In this document: positions 1 to 7,819 of the stretch, piece by piece
Position numbering within the stretch: the first letter of the stretch is position 1
Layout: the number at the start of each line of letters is the position of its first letter
Source of the DNA: Candidatus Pacearchaeota archaeon
GTDB lineage: Archaea > Nanobdellota > Nanobdellia > Pacearchaeales > GW2011-AR1
NCBI GenBank assembly: GCA_018303825.1
Contig: JAGVXK010000005.1
Location: 1-12,141, forward strand
Direction of reading: 5' to 3'
DNA: 12,141 nucleotides
Position numbers and translations under genes: made by a program
The notes under the pieces: generated by a model
What the model was told of the DNA's origin: nothing
What the model saw: the letters and a program-made list of their open reading frames with translations, nothing else
The model's database searches: none

Positions 1-58
1 TTGCAACAAACTCTCCCTGAAAGTAATATTTTTTAGAATAAATAAGTACGCAATTCAT
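1..58 (-). CDS. Possible 5' end of a hypothetical gene running off the window (MNCVLIYSKKYYFQGEFVA...)
   Basis: Manual translation: ATG at 58-56 on the minus strand, open to position 1. It follows sfm1 on the same strand, but only 19 codons are visible. Confidence 0.25.
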   Translation of the reverse strand, partial: MNCVLIYSKKYYFQGEFVA

Positions 59-88
59 CCGTTAGCTAAAGCTTAACGGATTTCTTGC
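50..88. repeat. Palindromic REP-like / IS200-IS605-end-like hairpin
   Basis: GCAA-TTC-ATCCGTTAGC-TAAA-GCTTAACGGAT-TTC-TTGC: 10-bp stem with one bulge, TAAA loop, GCAA/TTGC ends. Family assignment is from recalled resemblance only. Confidence 0.5.
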
Positions 89-651
89 TAACATTTAATT
101 AATGCTAATAACTCTTTGGATATTCTTGGTTTTCCATTGACTATGGGATAATAATATGGGAGGATGACTGATTCAATATTATTTATTTTAATTATCAGCT
201 TGTTTTTGAACTCCATTTTATTTAATGCTTTTCCTCTTGTTATTTCATGAACGACAAAAACAGCGTTATCTGTTGAGAATTGCTTTTTTCCTAAATTCCT
301 TTCTTTTCCTTTAACGAATTTTGTCAATTCCTTCTTCGTTCTCTTTTTTGGAGGATAATCTCCAAGAATTCCCCCAAAGATAAAATATTTGAATTTCTTT
401 GCACTTTTTGGCACCAGGGTTTGCTTTGCTTCTGGATCAAGAACGCAAGAATTCTTTAAGTCTAAGTCTTTTACTGATTTTTCGATGACTTTGCCGTATT
501 TTTTTAATTCTCTTACTGCCTTGCTATTTTGTTTTATGTTCGTAAACCATAAATTGCTTTGCCCGACTATTTTGCTTATTGAGTTGTATTCCATCAAACA
601 CCAGGGATAAACCTCTTTTTCAAGATGTTCGATAACATAGATTTGCTTCAT
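88..651 (-). CDS. sfm1: Sfm1-like SPOUT-family SAM-dependent methyltransferase
   Basis: Motifs YVIEHLE, WCLMEY, VLDPEA, FIFGGILGDYPP.KRT, RNLGKKQFSTDNAV, LPYYYP match the Sfm1 / predicted SAM-dependent RNA methyltransferase family. TATA box 21 nt upstream of the ATG. Confidence 0.85.
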   Translation of the reverse strand: MKQIYVIEHLEKEVYPWCLMEYNSISKIVGQSNLWFTNIKQNSKAVRELKKYGKVIEKSVKDLDLKNSCVLDPEAKQTLVPKSAKKFKYFIFGGILGDYPPKKRTKKELTKFVKGKERNLGKKQFSTDNAVFVVHEITRGKALNKMEFKNKLIIKINNIESVILPYYYPIVNGKPRISKELLALIKC

Positions 652-672
652 TTATCAATGAGATAAACATGA

Positions 673-680
673 TTAATAAA
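673..680 (-). promoter_or_regulatory. TATA box (TTTATTAA) for sfm1
   Basis: Ends 21 nt before the ATG at 651, the same spacing as five other genes in the window. Confidence 0.6.
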
Positions 681-705
681 TATTAATGTTTGAATTTACG
701 CATTA

Positions 706-713
706 TTTATATA
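706..713 (+). promoter_or_regulatory. TATA box (TTTATATA) for the patatin gene
   Basis: Ends 21 nt before the ATG at 735, divergent from the sfm1 promoter. Confidence 0.65.
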
Positions 714-734
714 CTTGGAGTTTTATGGGCTTCT

Positions 735-1658
735 ATGTTTGAAAGAAAAAAAATTGGTGTAGCCCTGGGAAGCGGGGGTATGAAAGGACTCGCTCATATA
801 GGTGTTTTGAAGGTGCTGGAAGAGCATAAAATTCCGGTTGATTTTATATCTGGAACAAGCATTGGGGCAGTCATAGGGGCGTTATATGCTGCGGAGCCGA
901 ATGCCAAAAAATTAGAAAAGATTGCATTGGATCAAAAATTAAACTCGCTGTTTGATTATACTTTGTCCAGATATGGATTAATAAAAGGAGAAAAAATTGA
1001 AAAATATCTCAAGGAAAAACTTGACAATGTAAGCTTTAAAGAATTAAAAATCCCATTATTTGTAACTGCTTTTGACCTCGAAGAAAAGAGAGAAATCATA
1101 TTCAGCAAAGGTGATGTTGCAAAGGCTGTCAGGGCCAGCATCGCTATTCCGGGGATATTTTTCCCGGTCGCAAATAACAAAGAAATGCTCGTTGATGGGG
1201 GTGTTATAGATCCAATTCCTATAAAAATACTGAGAAAAATGGGGGCAGATATTGTCATTGCCGTAAATGTAAATAAAATGCAGGAGAGGCCCCCAGTGTT
1301 AAATGAAGTGGCAACCACTAAAGCCGGGAAAAAAAAGATTCCTTCTATTCTTGAGAATGCCCTTACTTCTATTGGAATGATGGGTTCTGAATCCTCAAGA
1401 GCAGACCTGGATGCAAATAAGGCAGATTTAGCAATAAATGTAAATTTGGAAAAAATTAATATGTTTGAATTTAAGAAAACGAAATTTATCATAGAAAAAG
1501 GGAGAATGGCTGCTGCCAAGTCATTGAACGATATAAAGAACATCGCAGAACCAAGCCCTTTTAAATTTTTCCTACAAGAATTGAATCCAAAGAAAAATGT
1601 TGAAAAAATAGTCAGGAGTGTAAAAAAGACTATTGCAAAAGCAAAAGAACTTGACTAG
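735..1658 (+). CDS. Patatin-like phospholipase (RssA/NTE-like)
   Basis: GSGGMKG oxyanion loop, GTSIG nucleophile elbow, DGG catalytic Asp, AVRASIAIPGIF. Start moved from 690 to ATG 735 because of TATA spacing and the domain start (MFERKKIGVALG). Confidence 0.92.
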   Translation: MFERKKIGVALGSGGMKGLAHIGVLKVLEEHKIPVDFISGTSIGAVIGALYAAEPNAKKLEKIALDQKLNSLFDYTLSRYGLIKGEKIEKYLKEKLDNVSFKELKIPLFVTAFDLEEKREIIFSKGDVAKAVRASIAIPGIFFPVANNKEMLVDGGVIDPIPIKILRKMGADIVIAVNVNKMQERPPVLNEVATTKAGKKKIPSILENALTSIGMMGSESSRADLDANKADLAINVNLEKINMFEFKKTKFIIEKGRMAAAKSLNDIKNIAEPSPFKFFLQELNPKKNVEKIVRSVKKTIAKAKELD

Positions 1659-1720
1659 TTCATTTCTGCCAGTCATTGTGATCTTTAACTGTTTGACATA
1701 ACTCTTTTAAACTCTTTGAT

Positions 1721-2593
1721 ATGGTGATTTTGAGGGGTATTTTGAAAAAACTGGCAATAACTGGAGTGCTTGGCTTGTCAGCCTTGTTATTTGAAGGATG
1801 TGCAACAACGAGAGATAAACAAGAAGTGATGCTTCCAGATTCATTTAGACCAATAAAATTTGCAGAAAAATTAGAAATAAACACAAATAATATATATAGA
1901 TTAATTGTAAAAAAAAGTGAAGTGGATGGTATAAAAGACCTTAGGAAGTTAATGGAGACATCTTATAATGAAGAGCAATATGCCTACTTTGGAACATTGG
2001 GGTTGTGGATTGAAATAGGAGAAAATGAGAGTCTCGTTTTTGATTTCCGTCTTTATAATAGAGGAGTGCCCTATTTTCAAAATCATGTTAGTGAAGACTC
2101 GGACTATTTAAAGTGCTTGGCAAGACTGGATAAGAAAATAACGTTATTTCATATCCATCCTTCAGGAGAAAGGGCTTTTCTGAAACATCTTGCTGAAACT
2201 GCTGTTAAAATAGGTAATAATGAAGAGCAAATTAGAAAAATGGTTGATTCTATGAAAATCTTGTCCAGATTATCATTTATGCAGTCTGATTCAGATGTAA
2301 GACATGACATAAAAGGTTTACAGAATCTTTATAGAATTCATCCTGATGGCGAGTTTAAGGCATGCATAATATCTTTTTCCGGGATAGGAGAATTTTATTT
2401 TTCAGATGAAGGAAAAAAGTATGTCGGTTCCTATAATGAGGCGAATCTAGATTCTAGAGTGTATCAGGCATTAAGAACGAAAAATACCTTAGTAGATAAT
2501 TTATATGGTACAAAACTGCCGCGAAAAATGCATTTTGGAAACAAATATACAAGATTTAATTACATAAGCTGGGATTATTTTGATAAGAATTGA
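1721..2593 (+). CDS. Hypothetical lipoprotein with a JAB/MPN-like HxHP...SxxD motif
   Basis: 290-aa ORF. Basic-hydrophobic N-terminus ending in LFEG-C (lipobox-like); EEQYAY...FHIHPSG...QSDSD. The start could instead be TTG 1742, which follows GAGGGG. Confidence 0.7.
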   Translation: MVILRGILKKLAITGVLGLSALLFEGCATTRDKQEVMLPDSFRPIKFAEKLEINTNNIYRLIVKKSEVDGIKDLRKLMETSYNEEQYAYFGTLGLWIEIGENESLVFDFRLYNRGVPYFQNHVSEDSDYLKCLARLDKKITLFHIHPSGERAFLKHLAETAVKIGNNEEQIRKMVDSMKILSRLSFMQSDSDVRHDIKGLQNLYRIHPDGEFKACIISFSGIGEFYFSDEGKKYVGSYNEANLDSRVYQALRTKNTLVDNLYGTKLPRKMHFGNKYTRFNYISWDYFDKN

Positions 2594-2632
2594 CTATCCC
2601 TTCACAACAGCTTATTACCCTTTCACAACAGC
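2594..2632 (-). repeat. Tandem imperfect duplication of the last six rtcB codons (AVVKG*)
   Basis: Minus strand reads GCT GTT GTG AAA GGG TAA (2632-2615), TAA, then GCT GTT GTG AAG GGA TAG (2611-2594). Confidence 0.9.
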
Positions 2633-3994
2633 CAAAGGCTTAAATCTAGCAACAAGACTGCCTATTCCAAGCTCGTCTGAAACACGCACAACTTCATTGA
2701 CATCTTTGTATGCTTCGGGAGCTTCTTCCAATGCTCCTTTGACGCTTCCTGCTTTTAACATAATATCCTTGCTTTCTAAGTCTTTTTTTAAATGAGATTC
2801 TGTTATTTCCTGTTTTGCCCTTGTTCTACTCATGACACGACCTGCTCCATGCGCAGTTGATGCAAAACTAAGAGATTCGGCTTCTTTTGTTCCAACAAGA
2901 AGATAGGAATAAGTCCCCATGCTTCCAGGAATAATAATCGGAATTCCTTCTCTGCTTCTAGTTGCTCCTTTTCTATGAACGCATAATGTTTGTTTCTTTC
3001 CATTAATCGTGAATTCTTCAAACTTAGCGATATTGTGAGCAACATCATAAATCAATTCAAGTTTTGCCTTTGGAAAGAATTTCAGGAAGGCCTTTCTTAT
3101 CATAGCAGTGATTACCTGCCTGTTTGCAAAGGCAAAATTGGCGGCAGCATTCATTGCTTCCTTATAATCTATTCCTAATTTTGAGTTGATTGGAGCACAA
3201 ATCAATTCCCTGTCAGGAAGATTCTTCCAGCCATATTCTTTTTCCATTTTCATTATGTAATCGCTTGCAGTCTGATGTCCTAATCCTCTGCTTCCGGTAT
3301 GAATCATTACTGTTATCTGTCCTTTTTCGTTTATTCCAAATAGTTTGGCAGTTTTTTCATCAAAAATGGATTCTACTTCCTGAACTTCAAGGAAATGGTT
3401 TCCCGCTCCAAGAGTGCCTAATTGGTCTCTTCCCCTTGATTTGGCTTTCTGAGATACTTTATCAGAGCTAGCTCCTTTGATACTTCCAGAATCCTCAATA
3501 TGATTCAAATCGTCATTAATTCCGTAACCATTTTCAACAGCCCATTTAGCTCCATTAGTCAATACTTCATCTAGCTCTTTATCAGATAGCTTTAATCTTC
3601 CGCCATGCCCAACTCCGCTAGGAACTGCTCTTGATATTTCATGTAAAACTTCTTTTCTCTTTTTCAGAAATTCAGATTTTGTCAGGTTTGTTTTCATAAG
3701 ACGAACGCCACAATTAATATCGTAGCCCACTCCTCCGGGGCTAATAATTCCCTTATTTAAATCAAATGCAGCAACACCACCAATACTAAATCCATAGCCT
3801 TGGTGGGCATCGGGCATTGAAATTGATTTTCCAACAATACCTGGTAGTTGGGCCACATTTTTTACCTGTTCGAGAGTTTTATCATTTTTTATATCTTTTA
3901 AAAGTTTCTCTGAGGCGAAGACTATTCCGGGGACAACCATTTTTCCTTCTTTCTTTATTTCATATACGTTTTCCTTGAGCTTTTTGATTTCCAT
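2615..3994 (-). CDS. rtcB: tRNA-splicing / RNA 3'-phosphate ligase RtcB
   Basis: Motifs PDAHQGYGFSIGG, GYDINCGV, GTLGAGNHFLE, HTGSRG, YDVAHN, HRKGATR, PGSMG, HGAGR, EEAPEAYKD. Start set to ATG 3994 (MEIKKLKENVYEI); the track start at 4072 overlaps the archease gene. Confidence 0.97.
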   Translation of the reverse strand: MEIKKLKENVYEIKKEGKMVVPGIVFASEKLLKDIKNDKTLEQVKNVAQLPGIVGKSISMPDAHQGYGFSIGGVAAFDLNKGIISPGGVGYDINCGVRLMKTNLTKSEFLKKRKEVLHEISRAVPSGVGHGGRLKLSDKELDEVLTNGAKWAVENGYGINDDLNHIEDSGSIKGASSDKVSQKAKSRGRDQLGTLGAGNHFLEVQEVESIFDEKTAKLFGINEKGQITVMIHTGSRGLGHQTASDYIMKMEKEYGWKNLPDRELICAPINSKLGIDYKEAMNAAANFAFANRQVITAMIRKAFLKFFPKAKLELIYDVAHNIAKFEEFTINGKKQTLCVHRKGATRSREGIPIIIPGSMGTYSYLLVGTKEAESLSFASTAHGAGRVMSRTRAKQEITESHLKKDLESKDIMLKAGSVKGALEEAPEAYKDVNEVVRVSDELGIGSLVARFKPLAVVKG

Positions 3995-4041
3995 GAAAGA
4001 TGAAGAAAATTGAGGTTTATTAAAGTTGGGTATTTTTATTC

Positions 4042-4476
4042 TCAAACATCCAAGACCATCTGGGCTTCCCAAATGTCTTTTCCCTTTAATTTTATCTTTT
4101 TGACATGCATTTCAGCATAGGTTGCAGCCTTAACCCCTTCTAGATTATATTTTTTAATATCATCCCCATATAGTTCTGCTTTAAGATTAAATCCTCTAAG
4201 CTCTATCTTTGCTTTTGAAACTACAAAACCCGTATCAAGCAGATAAATAAGCTCGTCTACAAAATTGTAAAGAAGAGATTCATAATCATTTCCATGCACG
4301 CTTATTACTTTGCCTTTCTTTGAATCTATCTTTTTACCTCTGGAGACAAAGCTAGAAAAGGCAAGAACACATGACTCAAACAAGTTATTTATTGTCTCTC
4401 CATATGCCCTAAATTTGATGTCTGCTGTATGCTCAAGAAATTCAAATTTCTTTTCCTGACCTTCTTTATTAACCAT
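4042..4476 (-). CDS. Archease (RtcB activator)
   Basis: FEFLEHTADIKFRAYG, ESLLYNFVDELIYL, VKAATY and C-terminal VLDV; directly upstream of rtcB, the known operon arrangement. Confidence 0.95.
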   Translation of the reverse strand: MVNKEGQEKKFEFLEHTADIKFRAYGETINNLFESCVLAFSSFVSRGKKIDSKKGKVISVHGNDYESLLYNFVDELIYLLDTGFVVSKAKIELRGFNLKAELYGDDIKKYNLEGVKAATYAEMHVKKIKLKGKDIWEAQMVLDV

Positions 4477-4497
4477 AAAATTTAGAATTAATTAGAG

Positions 4498-4505
4498 TAT
4501 TTAAA
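4498..4505 (-). promoter_or_regulatory. TATA box (TTTAAATA) for the archease-rtcB operon
   Basis: Ends 21 nt before the ATG at 4476. Confidence 0.65.
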
Positions 4506-4546
4506 CAATAACTTCATCCATGAAAAATGTTTGATGTTTAATTAAA

Positions 4547-4554
4547 TTTATATA
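4547..4554 (+). promoter_or_regulatory. TATA box (TTTATATA) for the matrixin gene
   Basis: Ends 21 nt before the ATG at 4576. Confidence 0.65.
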
Positions 4555-4575
4555 CGCGAATTTCTATTTCCTCTG

Positions 4576-5496
4576 ATGAAATTAGGTGATGTAATTCTGC
4601 TAATTGTATTGGTGGCAGGTCTGGGTGTAGGGCTTTACTTTTTCTTTTATTATCTGCCTATCGGAACTCCGATTGAATACAAAGAGTTCAGGGCAAATAT
4701 TAATAATTATGCCAATATTAGCTTGACAAGCCAGCAGTTCTATCCAAATATGAGATATAGAAATAAACAAATAAGCTATTCCATAGAAAGACGATGCGAC
4801 CAAGAGAGGGAGGCGGATATGGAAAAGGCTTTTTCTGTTTTATCAGCTGAAACATCTTTGGAGTTTTATCCTTCAAATACCAACCCTGAAATAATTATTT
4901 TATGTTCTGAAATAGCGCCGACTCCCGAAGAAAAAGATCACTTTGTGGCTGGAGAGGGCGGACCAAGTGAAATAATTAACACAAGCATACTTTCCGTTAT
5001 AATGCTCGGCAAGATTTCCTTGTATAGGGCAGATGATTGCAATGAGCCAAAGGTTGCACTGCATGAACTTTTGCACGCGCTTGGGTTTGACCATAATAAT
5101 AATCCTGGTAGTATAATGTATCCTGTAACAAATTGCAAACAGGAAATAGACCAAAGCATAATAGATGACCTAAATAGACTTTATGGCATTCTGTCTTTGC
5201 CAGATTTAGTAATAGATAAGATTGATGCAAACAAAACTTCCAAGTATATTAATTTTGAGATTTCTATTGCAAATTTAGGATTAAAAGATTCTTCAGGTTC
5301 AAAACTAGAATTATATTCCGGGGATGAAATAGTGAAAGAGTTTGATCTTGGTGGTATAGAGCTTGGAAGAAAAAAAATACTTACTGTAAGCAACCTTTTT
5401 CTTGGTGGAAATTCGAATAACCTTAAATTTGTTGTTGTAACGAGTGAAAGCGAGATATCTAAGGAAAACAATGTGGCTGATATAAGTGTAAACTAA
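4576..5496 (+). CDS. Membrane-anchored matrixin-like (M10 metzincin) metalloprotease with C-terminal CARDB-like domain
   Basis: N-terminal TM helix; HELLHALGFDH (HExxHxxGxxH) followed by a Met-turn (SIMYP); C-terminal LPDLVIDKI...IANLGLKDS is CARDB-like. Confidence 0.88.
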   Translation: MKLGDVILLIVLVAGLGVGLYFFFYYLPIGTPIEYKEFRANINNYANISLTSQQFYPNMRYRNKQISYSIERRCDQEREADMEKAFSVLSAETSLEFYPSNTNPEIIILCSEIAPTPEEKDHFVAGEGGPSEIINTSILSVIMLGKISLYRADDCNEPKVALHELLHALGFDHNNNPGSIMYPVTNCKQEIDQSIIDDLNRLYGILSLPDLVIDKIDANKTSKYINFEISIANLGLKDSSGSKLELYSGDEIVKEFDLGGIELGRKKILTVSNLFLGGNSNNLKFVVVTSESEISKENNVADISVN

Positions 5497-5613
5497 CGAT
5501 ACTAACAGCCCCTAAACATCAAAAATCATAGATCTTTGCAGCCTAAAAGTTAAGGCAGTAACTTTTAAATATAGCTTTCTTCTAATTCTATGGGGATGAG
5601 GATTGACAAATAA

Positions 5614-6114
5614 ATGGCTGATAAAGACATCATAATAAGCGAGAAACTGGACTACCGAGGTCTGGTGAAGTTTTCTGATTTGTATCAGTATGCCCATTCT
5701 TGGTTTATGGAAGAAAATTATGGGGTTATAGAGGAGAAATATTCTGAGAAGGTATCTGGAAACAACAAGGAAATAGACATTGAATGGAAGTGCACTAAAC
5801 CAATGGGAGACTATTTCAAGATAGAGCAGAAATTAGTATGGGAGATAAAGGGATTGGTGGATGTTGAAGTTGAGATAGATGGAAAGAAAACGAAAATGAA
5901 TCAAGGGCAAGTAAAGATAACTTTTAAGGGAGCAATAATAAAAGATTATAGCAGCAAATGGGACAGATCTCCGTTTAATAGATTTCTAAGAGACACTTAC
6001 AACAAGTTCATAATCCCCCAGAGAATAGATGCAATGGAAGACAAAATAAAGGCAGATATAAGATCATTAAAGGATGATTTGAAAGCTTATCTTGATTTGA
6101 GCGGAAAAAGATGA
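5614..6114 (+). CDS. Hypothetical protein (166 aa), of a type recalled as conserved in DPANN genomes
   Basis: Clean ORF with a soluble alpha/beta pattern; upstream TTTAAATA at 5564-5571 and a GAGG-containing leader. No function can be assigned. Confidence 0.8.
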   Translation: MADKDIIISEKLDYRGLVKFSDLYQYAHSWFMEENYGVIEEKYSEKVSGNNKEIDIEWKCTKPMGDYFKIEQKLVWEIKGLVDVEVEIDGKKTKMNQGQVKITFKGAIIKDYSSKWDRSPFNRFLRDTYNKFIIPQRIDAMEDKIKADIRSLKDDLKAYLDLSGKR

Positions 6115-6155
6115 TTATTCTTTCATTTTAAAGATGATTGCAAATTACCATAATA

Positions 6156-6163
6156 TTTATAAA
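6156..6163 (+). promoter_or_regulatory. TATA box (TTTATAAA) for the 6185 gene
   Basis: Ends 21 nt before the ATG at 6185. Confidence 0.65.
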
Positions 6164-6184
6164 ATAGGTCCTTTTCAAAGAAAT

Positions 6185-7555
6185 ATGAAAAAGGGCATCT
6201 TGTTGGTTGTTGTGATTGTGTGTTTGCTTGTTTTGCCTTCTGTTAGCGCATTGCAGGTTGAAAAAATTGATAAGGGCAGTGTTGTGATAGCTGAATTAAG
6301 CAATCCTGCTATTTTTGACTTTGCTATAACCAGCGCAGAAGCAGATACATTTGAGATTTATTCTTTCTTAGATGTCACGTTCAGCCCGAGAGGAACATTT
6401 GATTTGCCTGTTGGAAAGAGCACAACTGAAATAAAGGTTTATCCTGGAAAGGATTTGAGAAGGAATCTTGGAGTCTACAAATTTCAATATGAATTAAAGG
6501 GGCAAAAGTCCGGAATATTCAAAGATTTCTTAGCAATAAGAATTGTTGAACTTGGAAGTGTTATCACTATAAATGCCGAGCCACTAAAACCCTCAGATAA
6601 GCAATTGGCCTTTTCTTTGAAAAACAATGAAAATACAAATGTTGATAATATGGATGTTCATTTGGAATCCGCTTTCTTTAATTTTGATAAAAAAATATCA
6701 CTCAAGCCATATGAAAAAGTTGATTTTAATATAACTATGGATAGAAATAAAACTGCTTCGTTGCTTGCAGGGAAGTATATCATAACAGCAAATGTTCAAC
6801 TTGAAAAGGCAAAGGCTAAAGTAGAAGGAATATTAGATTATTTTGAGGAGAACAGCATTTCAGTTGATAAAACAAGTTCTGGAATAGTAGTCAGAAAAAA
6901 TGTAATAACAAAGACTAATACGGGAAATGTTCAGGCTAAGGCGGCCATAGATATTAAGAAGGATGTTTTATCAAGATTGTTTACAGTTTATTCCATAGAA
7001 CCGATGACAAGCGACAGAAAAGGCCTCACGGTTAATTATCTTTGGGAAAAAACCCTAAATCCCGGGGAAGCGTTTGCAGTTACAAGCTCTACTAATTATA
7101 CTTTGCCATTGATATTGATAATTCTTGTTGTTTTAGTTATAGTCTTCGCTAAAATATATTCATTGCAAGCCTTAAGCGTAAGCAAGAGAGTTTCATATGT
7201 AAAAACCAAGGGCGGGCAGTTTGCATTGAAAGTTACATTGCACGTTAAGGCAGGAAAGCATACAGATAATATACAAATCATTGACAAGCTTCCAGAAATG
7301 ACAAAAATATATGAGAAATATGGAAGACTTCCTGATAGGATAGACCATGCAACAAGAAGATTGTTCTGGAACATACCTAGATTGAATGCTGGAGAAGAGA
7401 GAGTATTTTCATATATCTTATATTCTAATCTCAACATTGTAGGAAGGTTTGAGCTTCCGGCGGCATCGGCCATTTTCGAAAGGGAAGGAAAGAGCGTTGA
7501 AGTCTTCTCCAACAGGGCGTTCTTTGCCATTGCCACCACCAAAAGAGAATATTAA
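6185..7555 (+). CDS. Single-pass cell-envelope protein: signal peptide, beta-sandwich domains, TM helix, C-terminal Ig-like (DUF11/COG1361-like, tentative) domain
   Basis: MKKGILLVVVIVCLLVLPSVSA signal peptide; TM YTLPLILIILVVLVIVFAKI; C-terminal IQIIDKLP...LFWNIPRLNAGEERVFSY. Start moved from 6134 to 6185 on TATA spacing. Confidence 0.8.
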   Translation: MKKGILLVVVIVCLLVLPSVSALQVEKIDKGSVVIAELSNPAIFDFAITSAEADTFEIYSFLDVTFSPRGTFDLPVGKSTTEIKVYPGKDLRRNLGVYKFQYELKGQKSGIFKDFLAIRIVELGSVITINAEPLKPSDKQLAFSLKNNENTNVDNMDVHLESAFFNFDKKISLKPYEKVDFNITMDRNKTASLLAGKYIITANVQLEKAKAKVEGILDYFEENSISVDKTSSGIVVRKNVITKTNTGNVQAKAAIDIKKDVLSRLFTVYSIEPMTSDRKGLTVNYLWEKTLNPGEAFAVTSSTNYTLPLILIILVVLVIVFAKIYSLQALSVSKRVSYVKTKGGQFALKVTLHVKAGKHTDNIQIIDKLPEMTKIYEKYGRLPDRIDHATRRLFWNIPRLNAGEERVFSYILYSNLNIVGRFELPAASAIFEREGKSVEVFSNRAFFAIATTKREY

Positions 7556-7763
7556 AAACCTCAGACAATATACAAGAATATTAAAATATAATTCGTAGCA
7601 TAGTGCTAAGTAAACCTTGTATCTTAACATTTTATTGAAGAGATTTAGGAGAGCAAATCACATAATTATGTATAAAAATAATGAATTTTTCCATTAAACC
7701 GAACTTACTGAAAAAGAATATAACTGTCAACCATGTTAAGTTTGATAGTTGACTTAACGCATA

Positions 7764-7778
7764 GAAAACATTTAAAAG
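7764..7778 (+). promoter_or_regulatory. BRE + TATA (GAAAACA-TTTAAAAG), probable tRNA promoter
   Basis: Purine-rich BRE followed by a TATA-like box at 7771-7778, about 40 nt upstream of tRNA position 1. Confidence 0.5.
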
Positions 7779-7819
7779 ATGACAATATATTCTCTCTATG
7801 TTGGATGAAACCAACGTGC

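Noticed and set aside
2580-2795. ORF with a YPFTTA repeat
   Set aside because: It is the antisense reading of the duplicated rtcB 3' end, not a separate gene.
3995-4072. 26-aa N-terminal extension of RtcB given by the track
   Set aside because: It overlaps the archease 3' end and has no RtcB-like sequence; ATG 3994 gives a normal N-terminus.
389-7630. Short or antisense ORFs in the track (e.g. 389-610, 956-1543, 1660-1884, 2830-3048, 2990-3178, 3190-3471, 4600-5471 set, 5512-5697, 7096-7542, 7418-7630)
   Set aside because: They overlap well-supported genes on the opposite strand or in another frame and show no recognisable motifs; shadow ORFs.
7556-7760. Several 5-9 bp inverted repeats upstream of the tRNA (possible ncRNA)
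   Set aside because: Short and AT-rich, as expected by chance; no coherent fold or known RNA motif.
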